The notes: generated by a model from the letters alone, not told the origin. DNA of 64,000 nt from an uncultured delta proteobacterium (GCA_963771465.1 CAVYTU010000017.1:544001-608000), one strand, 5' to 3'. Counted from the stretch's first letter, positions 1 through 9,571 are shown. Numbers and translations: made by a program.

Positions 1-91
1 ATGGTTTCGAATACCTTGGAGTGGCGGAGTCTTTGAGTACGGAAATTGTTTATAGCGTTGCGCCACGATCTGTCAAACGCGCGCAATTGGT

Positions 92-1636
92 TTAGGGTCT
101 TTGTGGCCGCGGCGTGGTTGCCGGCGTGTAATTGGCCATGGAAAAACTCACGGCGACGCCGACGATCATTAAAACAAAGCCGGTCAGAAACGAGTACCAA
201 AGCGCGTCGCCCAGGCTGGCGATCAAGCGCGGCAAAAGTTCCGCGGAAATCTGTGCGCGAGTTGTCGGCTCCAAGAGATTTTGCGGATTGGCGAGCTTGT
301 CCCAGACCGGAGCGGCAACGTTGGTGTTTGCCGCGCGCAGTTGGCTAAGCGACGTTTGCATTTGGCCGAGCATGACGGTGCCCATGACGCTTACGACGAA
401 GGCTGCGCCGAAGGTGCGAAACAACATGACGGTTGACGTGGCAACACCGATACGTCGCTGCTCTACCGAAGTTTGAGCGGCGACCAAGGTCGTGAGATTT
501 GCCATTCCCATGCCTATGCCGATGGCGCTCGCGCTTAGGACCACGGCAACAATTCCGAAATTCCAATTCGGCACGATAAATACGGCGTAACCAAGTGCGA
601 TCAACGACATGCCGGCCGAGGCGACGAGCCGATAGCCGATTCTGTTGATGCCTTGGCCGGCGACTAGACTACCGATCGTCCACCCCATGCTAAGCGCGAG
701 GATGACTAGACCAGTAGCCGTGGCTGTCATGCCCAAAACTCCCTGAAGATAGAGCGGCATGTAGCTGATCGCGCCGAACACGCCCATCGCTGAAAGCGTC
801 GCTACGGCAACCGAAGATTTGTAGAGACCGATGTGAAAGAGATCGAGCGGGATGATCGGCTCGGCGGCACGCCGTTCGATAAAATAGAAAGCGATCAAAA
901 CAACGATGCCGGCGATGATCAAGCTCAGGGTCTCAGCATTGAGCGGATGGCGCGCGTGGGCGCTTTGCGCCAGCGCGTAGAAAATCAGCAGCAAGCCGAC
1001 GAGCAGCGTGCTGGAGCCGGCGATGTCGAGCTTGGGCACGCGCCTTTCGCCACGCTCTTCTTTTAGGCCAATCACGATCAACGCCGTCGCGATGGCGATG
1101 AGCGGCAAGTTGACAAAGAAAATCCAGCGCCAATTGGCGTATTCGACAATCAGGCCGCCGGCAAGGGGACCAAGAATGGAGGCAATGCCCCAGATGCCGC
1201 TGATGAAGCCTTGAACTTTTGCCCGTTGGTCGGCGGGGAAGAGCACGCCGACCACGATGAACGATAGTGCGTAAATCGCGCCGCCGCCGAGTCCTTGGAC
1301 GGCGCGAAAGACGATCATCGCTTCCATACCTTGCGCCACGCCGCAAAGCAGCGAGCCGAGCAGAAAGATGCCGATGCCGATCAGCATCAGCCGGCGTTTG
1401 CTAAATAGATCGGCGAGTTTGCCGAAGATCGGCGTGGTCAGCGCCGAGGTGAGCATGTAAATCGAAAAGACCCAGCTGTAAAGCTCCAGGCCGCCGAGCT
1501 TGGCGACGATGGTCGGCATCGACGTGCTGACAATCGTCGCGTCGATGGCGAAAAGAAATATCACCAGCATGACGCCGACGGCGGCGAGATTGCGTTTCGA
1601 AGTATCGGCTTGGGTCGTTGAATGAGGCGCGTCCAC
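92..1636 (-). CDS. MFS drug:H+ antiporter, 14-TMS (EmrB/QacA, DHA2) family
   Basis: 514 aa, highly hydrophobic; DATIVSTSMP motif, motif A GKLADLFSKRR, motif C GPLAGG, WRWIFFVNLP. Confidence 0.9.
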   Translation of the reverse strand: MDAPHSTTQADTSKRNLAAVGVMLVIFLFAIDATIVSTSMPTIVAKLGGLELYSWVFSIYMLTSALTTPIFGKLADLFSKRRLMLIGIGIFLLGSLLCGVAQGMEAMIVFRAVQGLGGGAIYALSFIVVGVLFPADQRAKVQGFISGIWGIASILGPLAGGLIVEYANWRWIFFVNLPLIAIATALIVIGLKEERGERRVPKLDIAGSSTLLVGLLLIFYALAQSAHARHPLNAETLSLIIAGIVVLIAFYFIERRAAEPIIPLDLFHIGLYKSSVAVATLSAMGVFGAISYMPLYLQGVLGMTATATGLVILALSMGWTIGSLVAGQGINRIGYRLVASAGMSLIALGYAVFIVPNWNFGIVAVVLSASAIGIGMGMANLTTLVAAQTSVEQRRIGVATSTVMLFRTFGAAFVVSVMGTVMLGQMQTSLSQLRAANTNVAAPVWDKLANPQNLLEPTTRAQISAELLPRLIASLGDALWYSFLTGFVLMIVGVAVSFSMANYTPATTPRPQRP

Positions 1637-1724
1637 GTTGTCGAGTCATTCCAATATGAGTTAAAGCGTAAAAGCCATTTGTTGAACGAGATGGTGGCGA
1701 GTGTCAAGCAACGGTCGGTTGGCT

Positions 1725-1753
1725 TTGACTGTACCGTTAGACGGCGGTAGAAG
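1725..1753 (+). promoter_or_regulatory. Putative sigma70 promoter for the SBP-creatininase genes
   Basis: TTGACT-17 nt-TAGAAG, upstream of GGAGG RBS (1768) and ATG 1776. Confidence 0.4.
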
Positions 1754-1775
1754 TCGGAATCAACATCGGAGGCGT

Positions 1776-2780
1776 ATGCATCTCAGTTCCGGGCTGGTCG
1801 CTGCAATCTTGTTTGCCCAAATGCTCTTGCCGGCATGGTGCCTAGCGCAGATCACGACGCAGATGGTGGAGGCGGCGAAAAAGGAAGGCGAAGTCGTATT
1901 CTACGGCGCGATGAACGTCAGTATTTCCAAGCGCATCGGCGATCTCTTCGAAAAGAAATACGGCATCACCGTCAAGCATTGGCGCGGCGACGCCACCGAG
2001 ATCGTCAACCGCGTGCTGACCGAGGCGCGCGCCGGCCGGCCGACCTTCGATGTCAATCTCGGCAACGAAGCGGTCATGCAAGCGCTCGACGAAAAAAATA
2101 TTCTCGCCGTTTTCGATGCGCCGGCGGCGAAGGGTTATCCAAAACAGTTTCGCGATCCCGACATGCGCATGACGGCGTGGCGGGTGTTGCCCTACGGCAT
2201 CAATTACAACCACCAGCTGGTGAAAGCAGAGGAGGCGCCGAAGACTTACGAAGAATTGCTGCAGCCAAAGTGGAAAGGCAAATTCGGCGTCGCCAATCCC
2301 GGCATCCACGTCACTACGCTTCAATTCGTTCTGAGCCTCGACAAACTTTATGGACCGAAGTGGTTAAAGTTGGTCGAAGGCTGGGCTCATCAAGAGCCGC
2401 GCATCGGCCGCAGTCTGGCGGACTTGATTCAACCGATGACCAGCGGCGAGGTGCCGGTGGCGATCGGTTACATCAAGGATAAGTTCCAATATCCCGGTCC
2501 CATCGAGTATGTGCGCATGAGCAAGTATCTAGCGTCGGTCGGCTTCATTGCGATCAATCGCCAGGCGCCCCACGCCAACGCGGCGAAACTATTCACCGAT
2601 TTCTTTTTGAGCGCCGAGCCCCAACGCATCGTCGGCGAGACCGGCGAATATGTCTTTCATCCCGAAGTCGACCACAAGTTCAAAAAAGACGTTAAGGACG
2701 AGCAGATCATCACGATGAAACTGCCGACGAGCGAGGAGATGGAGAGCTGGAGCAAGAAGTTTAGGGAGATGTTCCGATGA
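1776..2780 (+). CDS. ABC extracellular solute-binding protein (Fe3+/thiamine/polyamine-type, SBP_bac_6-like)
   Basis: ATG 1776 with GGAGG RBS; signal peptide; AAKKEGEVVFYG, APKTYEELLQPKWKGK, APHANAAKLFTDFFLS motifs. Confidence 0.88.
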   Translation: MHLSSGLVAAILFAQMLLPAWCLAQITTQMVEAAKKEGEVVFYGAMNVSISKRIGDLFEKKYGITVKHWRGDATEIVNRVLTEARAGRPTFDVNLGNEAVMQALDEKNILAVFDAPAAKGYPKQFRDPDMRMTAWRVLPYGINYNHQLVKAEEAPKTYEELLQPKWKGKFGVANPGIHVTTLQFVLSLDKLYGPKWLKLVEGWAHQEPRIGRSLADLIQPMTSGEVPVAIGYIKDKFQYPGPIEYVRMSKYLASVGFIAINRQAPHANAAKLFTDFFLSAEPQRIVGETGEYVFHPEVDHKFKKDVKDEQIITMKLPTSEEMESWSKKFREMFR

Positions 2781-2787
2781 GAAGAAA

Positions 2788-2844
2788 TGGAGTAATGGAG
2801 TGGTGGAGTGTTGGAGTGATGGGTGGTCCGGCCTCAATACTCCA
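2788..2844. repeat. Intergenic (TGGAGTNN)4 tandem repeat with complementary arm, REP-like
   Basis: TGGAGTAA TGGAGTGG TGGAGTGT TGGAGTGA at 2788-2819, then CAATACTCCA at 2835-2844; shorter copy at 4999-5020. Confidence 0.7.
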
Positions 2845-2865
2845 GCTTCGGATTTGAGGTGCCAG

Positions 2866-3657
2866 ATGCTTGAGCTTGCCAAAATAACTTTCCCTGAAGT
2901 GAAAAGGCTCGCAGATAGCACGCGTGCGCTGACCATTCTTCCCGTCGGCGTGGTCGAAGAACATGGCGCGCATTTGCCGCTCGGCTTGGATTCGTTTGCT
3001 GCGGAGGTTTACGCGGCTTCGGCCGCGCCGCATTTAGAAGAAAGCGGCTATGAAGTTTTAGTTGCGCCGACGATCAACTACGGCGTGGCGCGGGCGGCCA
3101 TCGATTTTCCCGGCACGCTGTCATTGGAGCCGGAGACGCTCCGCTCGATGGTCGTCGAGATCGGCCGTTCGTTGGCGCGGCATGGATTGAACAAATTGGT
3201 GATTCTCAACGGTCATCGTGATCTACACCACATGAAGGCGCTCGATGATGCCCGCGCGATTCTAGTCGAAGAGAACAGTGCGAAAGTCTTGTGCGTCGGC
3301 TTCGCCAGCGATCCGGAAATGACCGCGGCTTGCTATCGTGAAGGCGTGCGACAGTTCTACAAAAGCCCGCGGCCCGATCGTGAAGGACATGGCGGCGAGT
3401 CGGAAACATCGGTGGCGCTCAATAGCTTTCCGCATCTGGTGAAAACAGAAATCATTAGACAGCTCGATCCGAACTTCGACTACGACGTAGACGCTTTCCG
3501 CAATGAAACAAAAGATTACGGCAGTAACAGCGGCGGCCGCGGCTACTTCGGCTGGCCACAGGCGGCGACGGCAGAGACGGGGGCGAAATTGGTTGCTGTC
3601 CGCGGTAGGAATATCGCCAATGTTATTTTGAAAGAATGGGGCGCGTCGAAAGCGTGA
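2866..3657 (+). CDS. Creatininase / creatinine amidohydrolase family protein
   Basis: PVGVVEEHGAHLPLGLDS, DFPGTLSL, ILNGH, HGGESETS metal motifs; ATG 2866 after GAGGT. Confidence 0.88.
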   Translation: MLELAKITFPEVKRLADSTRALTILPVGVVEEHGAHLPLGLDSFAAEVYAASAAPHLEESGYEVLVAPTINYGVARAAIDFPGTLSLEPETLRSMVVEIGRSLARHGLNKLVILNGHRDLHHMKALDDARAILVEENSAKVLCVGFASDPEMTAACYREGVRQFYKSPRPDREGHGGESETSVALNSFPHLVKTEIIRQLDPNFDYDVDAFRNETKDYGSNSGGRGYFGWPQAATAETGAKLVAVRGRNIANVILKEWGASKA

Positions 3658-3796
3658 GTGAAAAAGCCCGTTGCGGCGCGCGGATGAGTGATCGAAGCAA
3701 CAGCGTGAACAAACGACCAACGTTTGGTAGCGTTACGATTAACCTTGTGTCATGTAGAAAAGACCATTAACCCAATGAGAAAGAAAGGAACACATC

Positions 3797-4558
3797 ATGA
3801 GAATTATGTTTTTGAATAAGGCACCGAAGGCCGTTTATGACGTCACAGAGATAGAGAAGCTTTTGAACAGCTATGCTTCTCCAGGTACGCGGGTGGAGGT
3901 GAACTTTCCCGATAATTTCGAGGGCTCCAGGGTCGAAGCGACACTGGGCAGCCAGATGATGCTCAACGGTCTCGATCACATCATGGAAGCTCCCGCCATC
4001 ATCCGCAAGATCGTCTGGGCCTCGGAGAACGGCTACGATGCGGTCATTCAGAGCAACACCTTCGATCCCGGCGTCGATGGCGCGCGGCTGTGCGTTTCGA
4101 TCCCCGTCATCGGTCCGTTTCGCACGACCATACACGCGGTGACCAATCTCGTCGACCGGATCGGTATCATCGTCCCGCTCGCGCCGCATATTCCTTACAC
4201 GTGGCGCTTGCTGCGCACCATGGGCATGGACGGCTTTGTCACCGGGATAAAGACTCTCGGAGTCTACGGTCCGGATCTCAAGAAACGGCGCCAAGAGATC
4301 ACCGAGAAAACCGCCGGTCTGGTTCGCGCGCTAGTCGACGAAACCGGAGCTCAGGCCGTGCTGCCCCTGGGAGGAGCGCTCATTCCCTATGTGGTAGACC
4401 CGGCGGAGGTTCAGAAGATGACTAACGTGCAGGTTTTCAATACCAAGGCGATCTCGATTCGATGTGCCGAGATGTGCGTAGGGTTGGGGCTGAGCCACAG
4501 CGCGCTCACCTACCCGCGCGGAAAGCTCACGTATCAGGATTTTATCTCCAAGGTGTGA
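3797..4558 (+). CDS. Asp/Glu/hydantoin racemase-fold protein lacking both catalytic Cys
   Basis: GYDAVIQSNTFDPGVDGARLCVSIPVIGP matches the hydantoin racemase pattern (IACFxDPG..ARE..IPVIG); second motif reads PLGGA instead of LGC. Confidence 0.8.
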   Translation: MRIMFLNKAPKAVYDVTEIEKLLNSYASPGTRVEVNFPDNFEGSRVEATLGSQMMLNGLDHIMEAPAIIRKIVWASENGYDAVIQSNTFDPGVDGARLCVSIPVIGPFRTTIHAVTNLVDRIGIIVPLAPHIPYTWRLLRTMGMDGFVTGIKTLGVYGPDLKKRRQEITEKTAGLVRALVDETGAQAVLPLGGALIPYVVDPAEVQKMTNVQVFNTKAISIRCAEMCVGLGLSHSALTYPRGKLTYQDFISKV

Positions 4559-4621
4559 TGCTCAGCGGAACCTCGGTGATTTTGCAGAGCGACCGGAAGC
4601 CTGGAACAGTAGGAGGGACTC

Positions 4622-4990
4622 ATGGCTTTTCGCATTAATCATCTTCATCTCAAGACACCCGATCCGAAGAAGACGGCCGATTTCTACGTCGAGTACACTG
4701 GCGCGAAAGTCGTCAAGGAAGCGACTCGGCCCGACGGCAGCAAGAATTATCGCCTCGATCTGCATGGTGTCGAGCTCAATGTCACTCAATTCCTCGAAGA
4801 GCAGAAGCTCGAGCAGTTCATGGGCCTCGAACACGTCGCCATCGACACCAATAACTTCGACGGTGAATTGAACAAGATCAAATCCGCCGGCTTGAAAATT
4901 CTTGAAGAGCGGGTGTTGCCAGATGGCCGGAGGGTTTGTTTCTTCGAAGGGCCGGAAGGAGTACGGCTGGAGTTTCTCGAATGGAAGTAG
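4622..4990 (+). CDS. VOC (glyoxalase/bleomycin resistance/dioxygenase) family protein
   Basis: 122 aa; NHLHL...ELNV...EHVAI...FFEGPEGVRLEFLE; GGAGG RBS. Confidence 0.88.
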   Translation: MAFRINHLHLKTPDPKKTADFYVEYTGAKVVKEATRPDGSKNYRLDLHGVELNVTQFLEEQKLEQFMGLEHVAIDTNNFDGELNKIKSAGLKILEERVLPDGRRVCFFEGPEGVRLEFLEWK

Positions 4991-5034
4991 GCCCTGCGTG
5001 GAATATTGGAGTAATGGGTTGATCACGCCATTAT

Positions 5035-6003
5035 TTATTTTTCCCGCAGCACTTTCTCCAGCGGCCCATTCTCTCGGAACGGTTCGGGGCGGTCGAGGTA
5101 GTCTTTGAAGTCGGGGCGGGCTTTGATCAGGTCGAGGACGACGTTGTTGATGCCTTTGTCGGGCACGATCGGCGCTGATTTGAATATCTTGGCATAGGCT
5201 TGCACTGTGCGCTTGACAATACCGGCGTCTTTTTCGCGCATCCATTTGGCCAAGGACTTCTCTGCGAATTGATGATTTTTCTTGATCAGGTGAATTCCGC
5301 CGACGTAGGCGCGCAGAAAATCCTCGGTGACTTTCGGCTCGGCTCGGATAAACGCACGGCTGCTGGCGACGCAGGATGACGGATAGACGAAATCAGTCGT
5401 GCTCAGATCGACCAGCACCGGCCAGCCGCGCTGTAAGAATGGAATCGCGTAGCGCGTCGTGAGCGCTGCCGCGGCGATGCGGCCGGCGTCGAGCGCCGCG
5501 ACAATCTCCGGGCCAGCTCCTAGTTGCAGGATGATCATGTCTTTGTCCGGGTTAAGCCCGACATGGCGCAGCGCCGCTCTTAAATAAAAATGGGTCGTCG
5601 AACCATAACGGGTCACCGCGCTGCCTTGGCCTTTTAATTCAGCCGCTGATTTGATTTCAGGACGAGTGATCAAGTATACGGGATCGGCGTTGACCGGACA
5701 GGCGAGCAGGATCACGTCGCCGCCCGCCGCGCGCGCGGCCACGACTGACTCCGCTCCTGCTCCGGAGAACGGTAGATCGCCGGTAATGATCGCCAGCGTG
5801 ATCAGCGAGCCGCCACGAATCTGCACGGGCTCGATGTTCATCCCCGCTTTCTCGAACAAGCCGGCATCTTTGGCGACCCAAATCGGTAGATGGGACGGCG
5901 ACGCGCTGGTGCCGTACATGATGCGGCGCAGCTCTTGGGAGTGGGCAAAAAACTGACTGACAAACAGCGTGGCGATAAAGACGATGAGTTGGATGAGCTT
6001 CAT
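5035..6003 (-). CDS. ABC solute-binding protein, SsuA/NMT1/THI5-like (tandem copy 3)
   Basis: Signal peptide; HLPIWVAKDAGLF, ELKG..VTRYGSTT; ATGA overlap with upstream paralog. Confidence 0.88.
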   Translation of the reverse strand: MKLIQLIVFIATLFVSQFFAHSQELRRIMYGTSASPSHLPIWVAKDAGLFEKAGMNIEPVQIRGGSLITLAIITGDLPFSGAGAESVVAARAAGGDVILLACPVNADPVYLITRPEIKSAAELKGQGSAVTRYGSTTHFYLRAALRHVGLNPDKDMIILQLGAGPEIVAALDAGRIAAAALTTRYAIPFLQRGWPVLVDLSTTDFVYPSSCVASSRAFIRAEPKVTEDFLRAYVGGIHLIKKNHQFAEKSLAKWMREKDAGIVKRTVQAYAKIFKSAPIVPDKGINNVVLDLIKARPDFKDYLDRPEPFRENGPLEKVLREK

Positions 6004-6971
6004 GATCGTGACAGCGCTCGATCCAGCGGTCCGTTGTCGCGAAAAAGTTCCGGATGGCCGATGAATTCTTTCGGCACCGGCCGCCGGCTCGCTAGATCCT
6101 TAAGCACGCTTTCGATGCCTTTATCCGGCACGTAGGGAGATGGCTTGAACAATCGGCCAAACGCTTCGACCGACTTGCTCACGGCCAGCTGATCTTTATC
6201 TTTCAACCATTTCACCAGCGATCGCTCGGCAAAAGCTTGATCCTTTTTGATCAGCTGAATGGCGCTGACGTAAGCGCTTAGAAACGCGCTGGCGGTCTTA
6301 GGATCGGCTTTGACAAACGCACGGCTGCTGGTTACGCATGACGACGGATAGACAAGATCGGTCTTGGTCAGATCGACAAGTACTGGCCAGTTCTTTTGCA
6401 TAAATGGCAGGGCGTTGCGCACGGTCAACGCGGCGGCGAAGACTTTGCCGTTTTCCATCGCTGTGGTGATTTCGGCGCTGCCGCCCAGTTGTAAGAGCGT
6501 CATCTCCTTGTCGGAGTCGATGCCAACCATTCGAAGCGCCGTGCGCAGATAAAAATGGATCGACGAGCCGAGGCGAGTGACGCCGCCGGCTTTGCCCCTG
6601 AGATCGGCGGGAGATTTAATCTCCGGACGAGTCATCAAATAGACGGGCTCGAGATCGGCGGGACAGGCGAGTAAAACAACATCCGCGCCCTCGACGCGGG
6701 CCGAGATCACCGACTCGGCGCCGACGCCGGAGAGCACCACTTGGCCGCTCATGATCGCCATGGTGCTCAGCGCGCCGCCGCGAATCTGCACCGGTTCGAC
6801 GTTCAGGCCATGCCTGGCGAAAAGTCCGGCATCTTTGGCGACCCATATCGGCAGATGTGAAACGGAAGTCGAGGTTCCATACAGTATGCGACGCAGCTCT
6901 TGAGCGTGCGCCGCCCCGTGAATCAGCAATACCGCGGCGCTAATCGCAATCACTCTTGCCAGTTTCGTCAT
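6000..6971 (-). CDS. ABC solute-binding protein, SsuA/NMT1/THI5-like (tandem copy 2)
   Basis: Signal peptide AHAQELRR; HLPIWVAKDAGLF; DLRGK..GVTRLGS; ATGA overlaps on both sides. Confidence 0.88.
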   Translation of the reverse strand: MTKLARVIAISAAVLLIHGAAHAQELRRILYGTSTSVSHLPIWVAKDAGLFARHGLNVEPVQIRGGALSTMAIMSGQVVLSGVGAESVISARVEGADVVLLACPADLEPVYLMTRPEIKSPADLRGKAGGVTRLGSSIHFYLRTALRMVGIDSDKEMTLLQLGGSAEITTAMENGKVFAAALTVRNALPFMQKNWPVLVDLTKTDLVYPSSCVTSSRAFVKADPKTASAFLSAYVSAIQLIKKDQAFAERSLVKWLKDKDQLAVSKSVEAFGRLFKPSPYVPDKGIESVLKDLASRRPVPKEFIGHPELFRDNGPLDRALSRS

Positions 6972-7960
6972 CGTGATAGCACCCGCTCCAATGGGCCGTT
7001 GTCGCGAAACAGTTCTGGCCGTCCGATGAATTCCTTCGGGATCGGTCTGCGACTGGCGAGATCTTTCATCACGGTTTCGATGCCTTTATCCGGTACATAC
7101 GGCGCAGGCCTGAACAATTTGGCGTAGGAGTCGATGGTTTTCTTGATCAAGTAGGGGTCATTTTCTCGCAACCACTTGGCGAAAGTTTTTTCGGCGAAGT
7201 TCTGATCTTTCTTAATCAGTTGGATCGCCGCGACGTAGGCGCGGAGAAAGTCGTCGACTAACTTTGGTTCCGCTTTTACATAAGCTCGGCTGCTGGTAAC
7301 GCAGGACGAGGGGTAAATCAAATCCGTCGTGCTCAACTCGACCAACACCGGCCAGCCCTTTTTCAAGAACGGAATCGCGTAACGGCTGGAGAGCGACGCC
7401 ACCGAGATACGATTGGATTCCAATGCCGACGCGGCTTCGCTGCCGGTGCCGAGCTGGAGTATCGTCACGTCTTTTTCCGGATCGATGCCGACTTGGCGCA
7501 GCGCCGCGCGCAGATAGAAATGCGTCGTCGAGCCAAGCCGCGTCACCGCGGTGAATTTGCCCTTCAGGTCGGCGGGCGATTTGATCTCCGGGCGCGTGAT
7601 CAAGTAGACCGGTTCGGAATTTATCGGGCAGGCGAGCAGGACAATATCGCCGCCTTCGACACGCGCGGCAACGACCGACTCGGCGCCGGCCCCGGAAAAT
7701 TGCAACTGACCGCTCATGATGCCCATGGTGATCAGCGGGCCGCCGCGGATCTGCACCGGCTCGACGTTCAAGCCGTTCTTGACGAACAGCCCGGCGTCCT
7801 TGGCAACCCAAATCGGCAAGTGCGCGGTCGAAGTCGACGTGCCGTAGTGGATGCGGCGCAGCTCCTGGGCGGTGGCTGCGGCAGAGTATAGGACCGATAG
7901 GACCGATAGGACCAATAGGACATTGACTCTGCGCAGACGCAGAGAAAACGTTTTACGCAT
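6968..7960 (-). CDS. ABC solute-binding protein, SsuA/NMT1/THI5-like (tandem copy 1)
   Basis: Start set to ATG 7960 (MRKTFS) just after the cupin stop; same motifs as the two downstream paralogs. Confidence 0.86.
   Translation of the reverse strand: MRKTFSLRLRRVNVLLVLSVLSVLYSAAATAQELRRIHYGTSTSTAHLPIWVAKDAGLFVKNGLNVEPVQIRGGPLITMGIMSGQLQFSGAGAESVVAARVEGGDIVLLACPINSEPVYLITRPEIKSPADLKGKFTAVTRLGSTTHFYLRAALRQVGIDPEKDVTILQLGTGSEAASALESNRISVASLSSRYAIPFLKKGWPVLVELSTTDLIYPSSCVTSSRAYVKAEPKLVDDFLRAYVAAIQLIKKDQNFAEKTFAKWLRENDPYLIKKTIDSYAKLFRPAPYVPDKGIETVMKDLASRRPIPKEFIGRPELFRDNGPLERVLSR
7888..7920. repeat. 9-bp in-frame tandem repeat in a signal-peptide coding region
   Basis: ATAGGACCG ATAGGACCG ATAGGACCA ATAGGA; encodes LLVLSVLSVL on the minus strand. 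Confidence 0.75.
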
Positions 7961-7970
7961 GGCTTGGCGT

Positions 7971-8441
7971 TCACTTGGCAAAATATTTCGCTTCCGCTGC
8001 CGCTTGATCAAACGGCACGAACTGGTTAGTGCCAGGACCGCGGATTTCTGGTTTTTCGCCGTCGTCGAACAAGGCATTGGCGTTATCGCCGGCGCGGCCA
8101 CCGATCAGGCCCGGAGCGTGGGCTTCGGCGACGGTGGCGTCTTTGTCGGAACGATTAAATGCCCAGTGTACCGTGTTCGCCGGGATGCGATGAAAGTCGC
8201 CTGTTTTGCAAAGATAGCCTTTGTCCCGGACGAAGAACCAAATCTCGCCTTCCATCACGTAATTGATTTGCTCGGACTCATGTTGGTGCGGCTTGGTGTG
8301 ATAGCCAGGCCGGCGCGTCGCGATCATCAGACTACACTCATTGCCGTAGCCCTTTTTGACCACCATCTGGCCGGTGCCGGCTTCACCGGATTGATCGCGT
8401 TGGTATTCCTTCATCTCGCCGTGCTTTGCATGTAGTGACAT
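7971..8441 (-). CDS. Cupin domain protein
   Basis: PHQHESEQINYVMEGE and IPANTVH cupin motifs 1 and 2; ATG 8441 with GGAGGA RBS. Confidence 0.88.
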   Translation of the reverse strand: MSLHAKHGEMKEYQRDQSGEAGTGQMVVKKGYGNECSLMIATRRPGYHTKPHQHESEQINYVMEGEIWFFVRDKGYLCKTGDFHRIPANTVHWAFNRSDKDATVAEAHAPGLIGGRAGDNANALFDDGEKPEIRGPGTNQFVPFDQAAAEAKYFAK

Positions 8442-8480
8442 GATTGCTTGTCCTCCTAGCCAAATTCTGAAGCTGCTGAA

Positions 8481-8568
8481 GTGGTACGATAAGTCTGGTG
8501 AGGCGTCAAGGGTCATTTCGGCGCTGCTGAATTGTTCCGTTGACTTGGCGCGCCGACGGCAGTAAACC
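8481..8568. promoter_or_regulatory. Divergent sigma70-like promoters
   Basis: Plus strand TTGACT(8540)-17-TAAACC; minus strand TTGACG(8509)-17-TACCAC. Confidence 0.4.
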
Positions 8569-8582
8569 CTGGCGGAGGGGTT

Positions 8583-9557
8583 ATGCCAGCCAATTGGATT
8601 CTTGCCACCGTTCTCATTCTCGCACTACCCCAGTATGCGTTGGCGCAGAAACTTTTGCTCGCTCATGTCGCCATCAATCCCGGCCAGGGCATGCTGCATC
8701 TGGCCAAGGACTCCGGCATCTTGGCCAAGTATGGCTTTAGCGCGGAAGTCGTCTTGATTCCGGGCACGCCGCGGACGATTCAAGCGCTGATCGCCGGCGA
8801 TCTCGATTACGTCACCGCCGGTGCGCCGGCGTCGCTCAGGGCGCGCGCTCAGGGTGCCGACGTGACGATTCTTTCGACTCTGTCCAATTATTCATCCCAG
8901 CGCGTCTTCGTCAGACCGGATTCGACGTTGAGCAGCTTCAAAGATTTAAAAGGCAAAATTATCGGCGTGACGCAGTATGGCTCGGGCGGCGATACGTTTC
9001 TGCGCGCCGCGCTGCGCAAGTCGGGCATCAAGGATCCCGAAGTGACGATTCTTCAAATGGGCGGCACGCCGGGCGTCGCCCAAGGTCTGGAGTCGGGACG
9101 CATCGAGGTCGGCGTTCTCGGCGACTCGGGCATGCTGCTGGTTTTTCGCGGTCGGGCCAAGCCGCTCAAAGGCGCGAGCGCGCGGGAAATGGGATTTCGC
9201 GGTACCGACGCTCCGCTGACGACGACGGATCGAAAGATCAAAGGCGATCGTGCGAGCGTGATTCGTTTTATGCAGGCCTATCTGGAAACAGTTTACTATT
9301 TCCACACTAACAAGACCGGCACGGCGCGCATCTTGAAAAAATATATGGGCGGCACCAGCGAGGAGCATATTTCGCTTTGGTGCGATGAGCTGCGCGCCAA
9401 TCTCAAACCGGTACCCTACGCCGATGAAGAGGCGCTGCGCGCGGAGATCGAGATGATGAACGTGCCGGGGCTGCAAATCCCGCCGGGCTATATCAACAAC
9501 AGTATCCTCGACGAGCTCAAGAAGACTGGTTTTATCGATAAACTTTACAAACAATAA
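8583..9557 (+). CDS. ABC solute-binding protein, SsuA/NMT1-like
   Basis: Signal peptide; AKDSGILAKYG, DLKGKIIGVTQYGSGG, ELKKTGFIDKLY. Confidence 0.88.
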   Translation: MPANWILATVLILALPQYALAQKLLLAHVAINPGQGMLHLAKDSGILAKYGFSAEVVLIPGTPRTIQALIAGDLDYVTAGAPASLRARAQGADVTILSTLSNYSSQRVFVRPDSTLSSFKDLKGKIIGVTQYGSGGDTFLRAALRKSGIKDPEVTILQMGGTPGVAQGLESGRIEVGVLGDSGMLLVFRGRAKPLKGASAREMGFRGTDAPLTTTDRKIKGDRASVIRFMQAYLETVYYFHTNKTGTARILKKYMGGTSEEHISLWCDELRANLKPVPYADEEALRAEIEMMNVPGLQIPPGYINNSILDELKKTGFIDKLYKQ

Positions 9558-9571
9558 AGGGGGAACGAATC

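Noticed and set aside
1701-1775. Longest-ORF N-terminal extensions (1701, 2800, 8101, 8516, 26836, 27200, 34334, 37245, 52303, 59213)
   Set aside because: Downstream starts have better RBSs or family-typical N-termini, so the shorter starts were used
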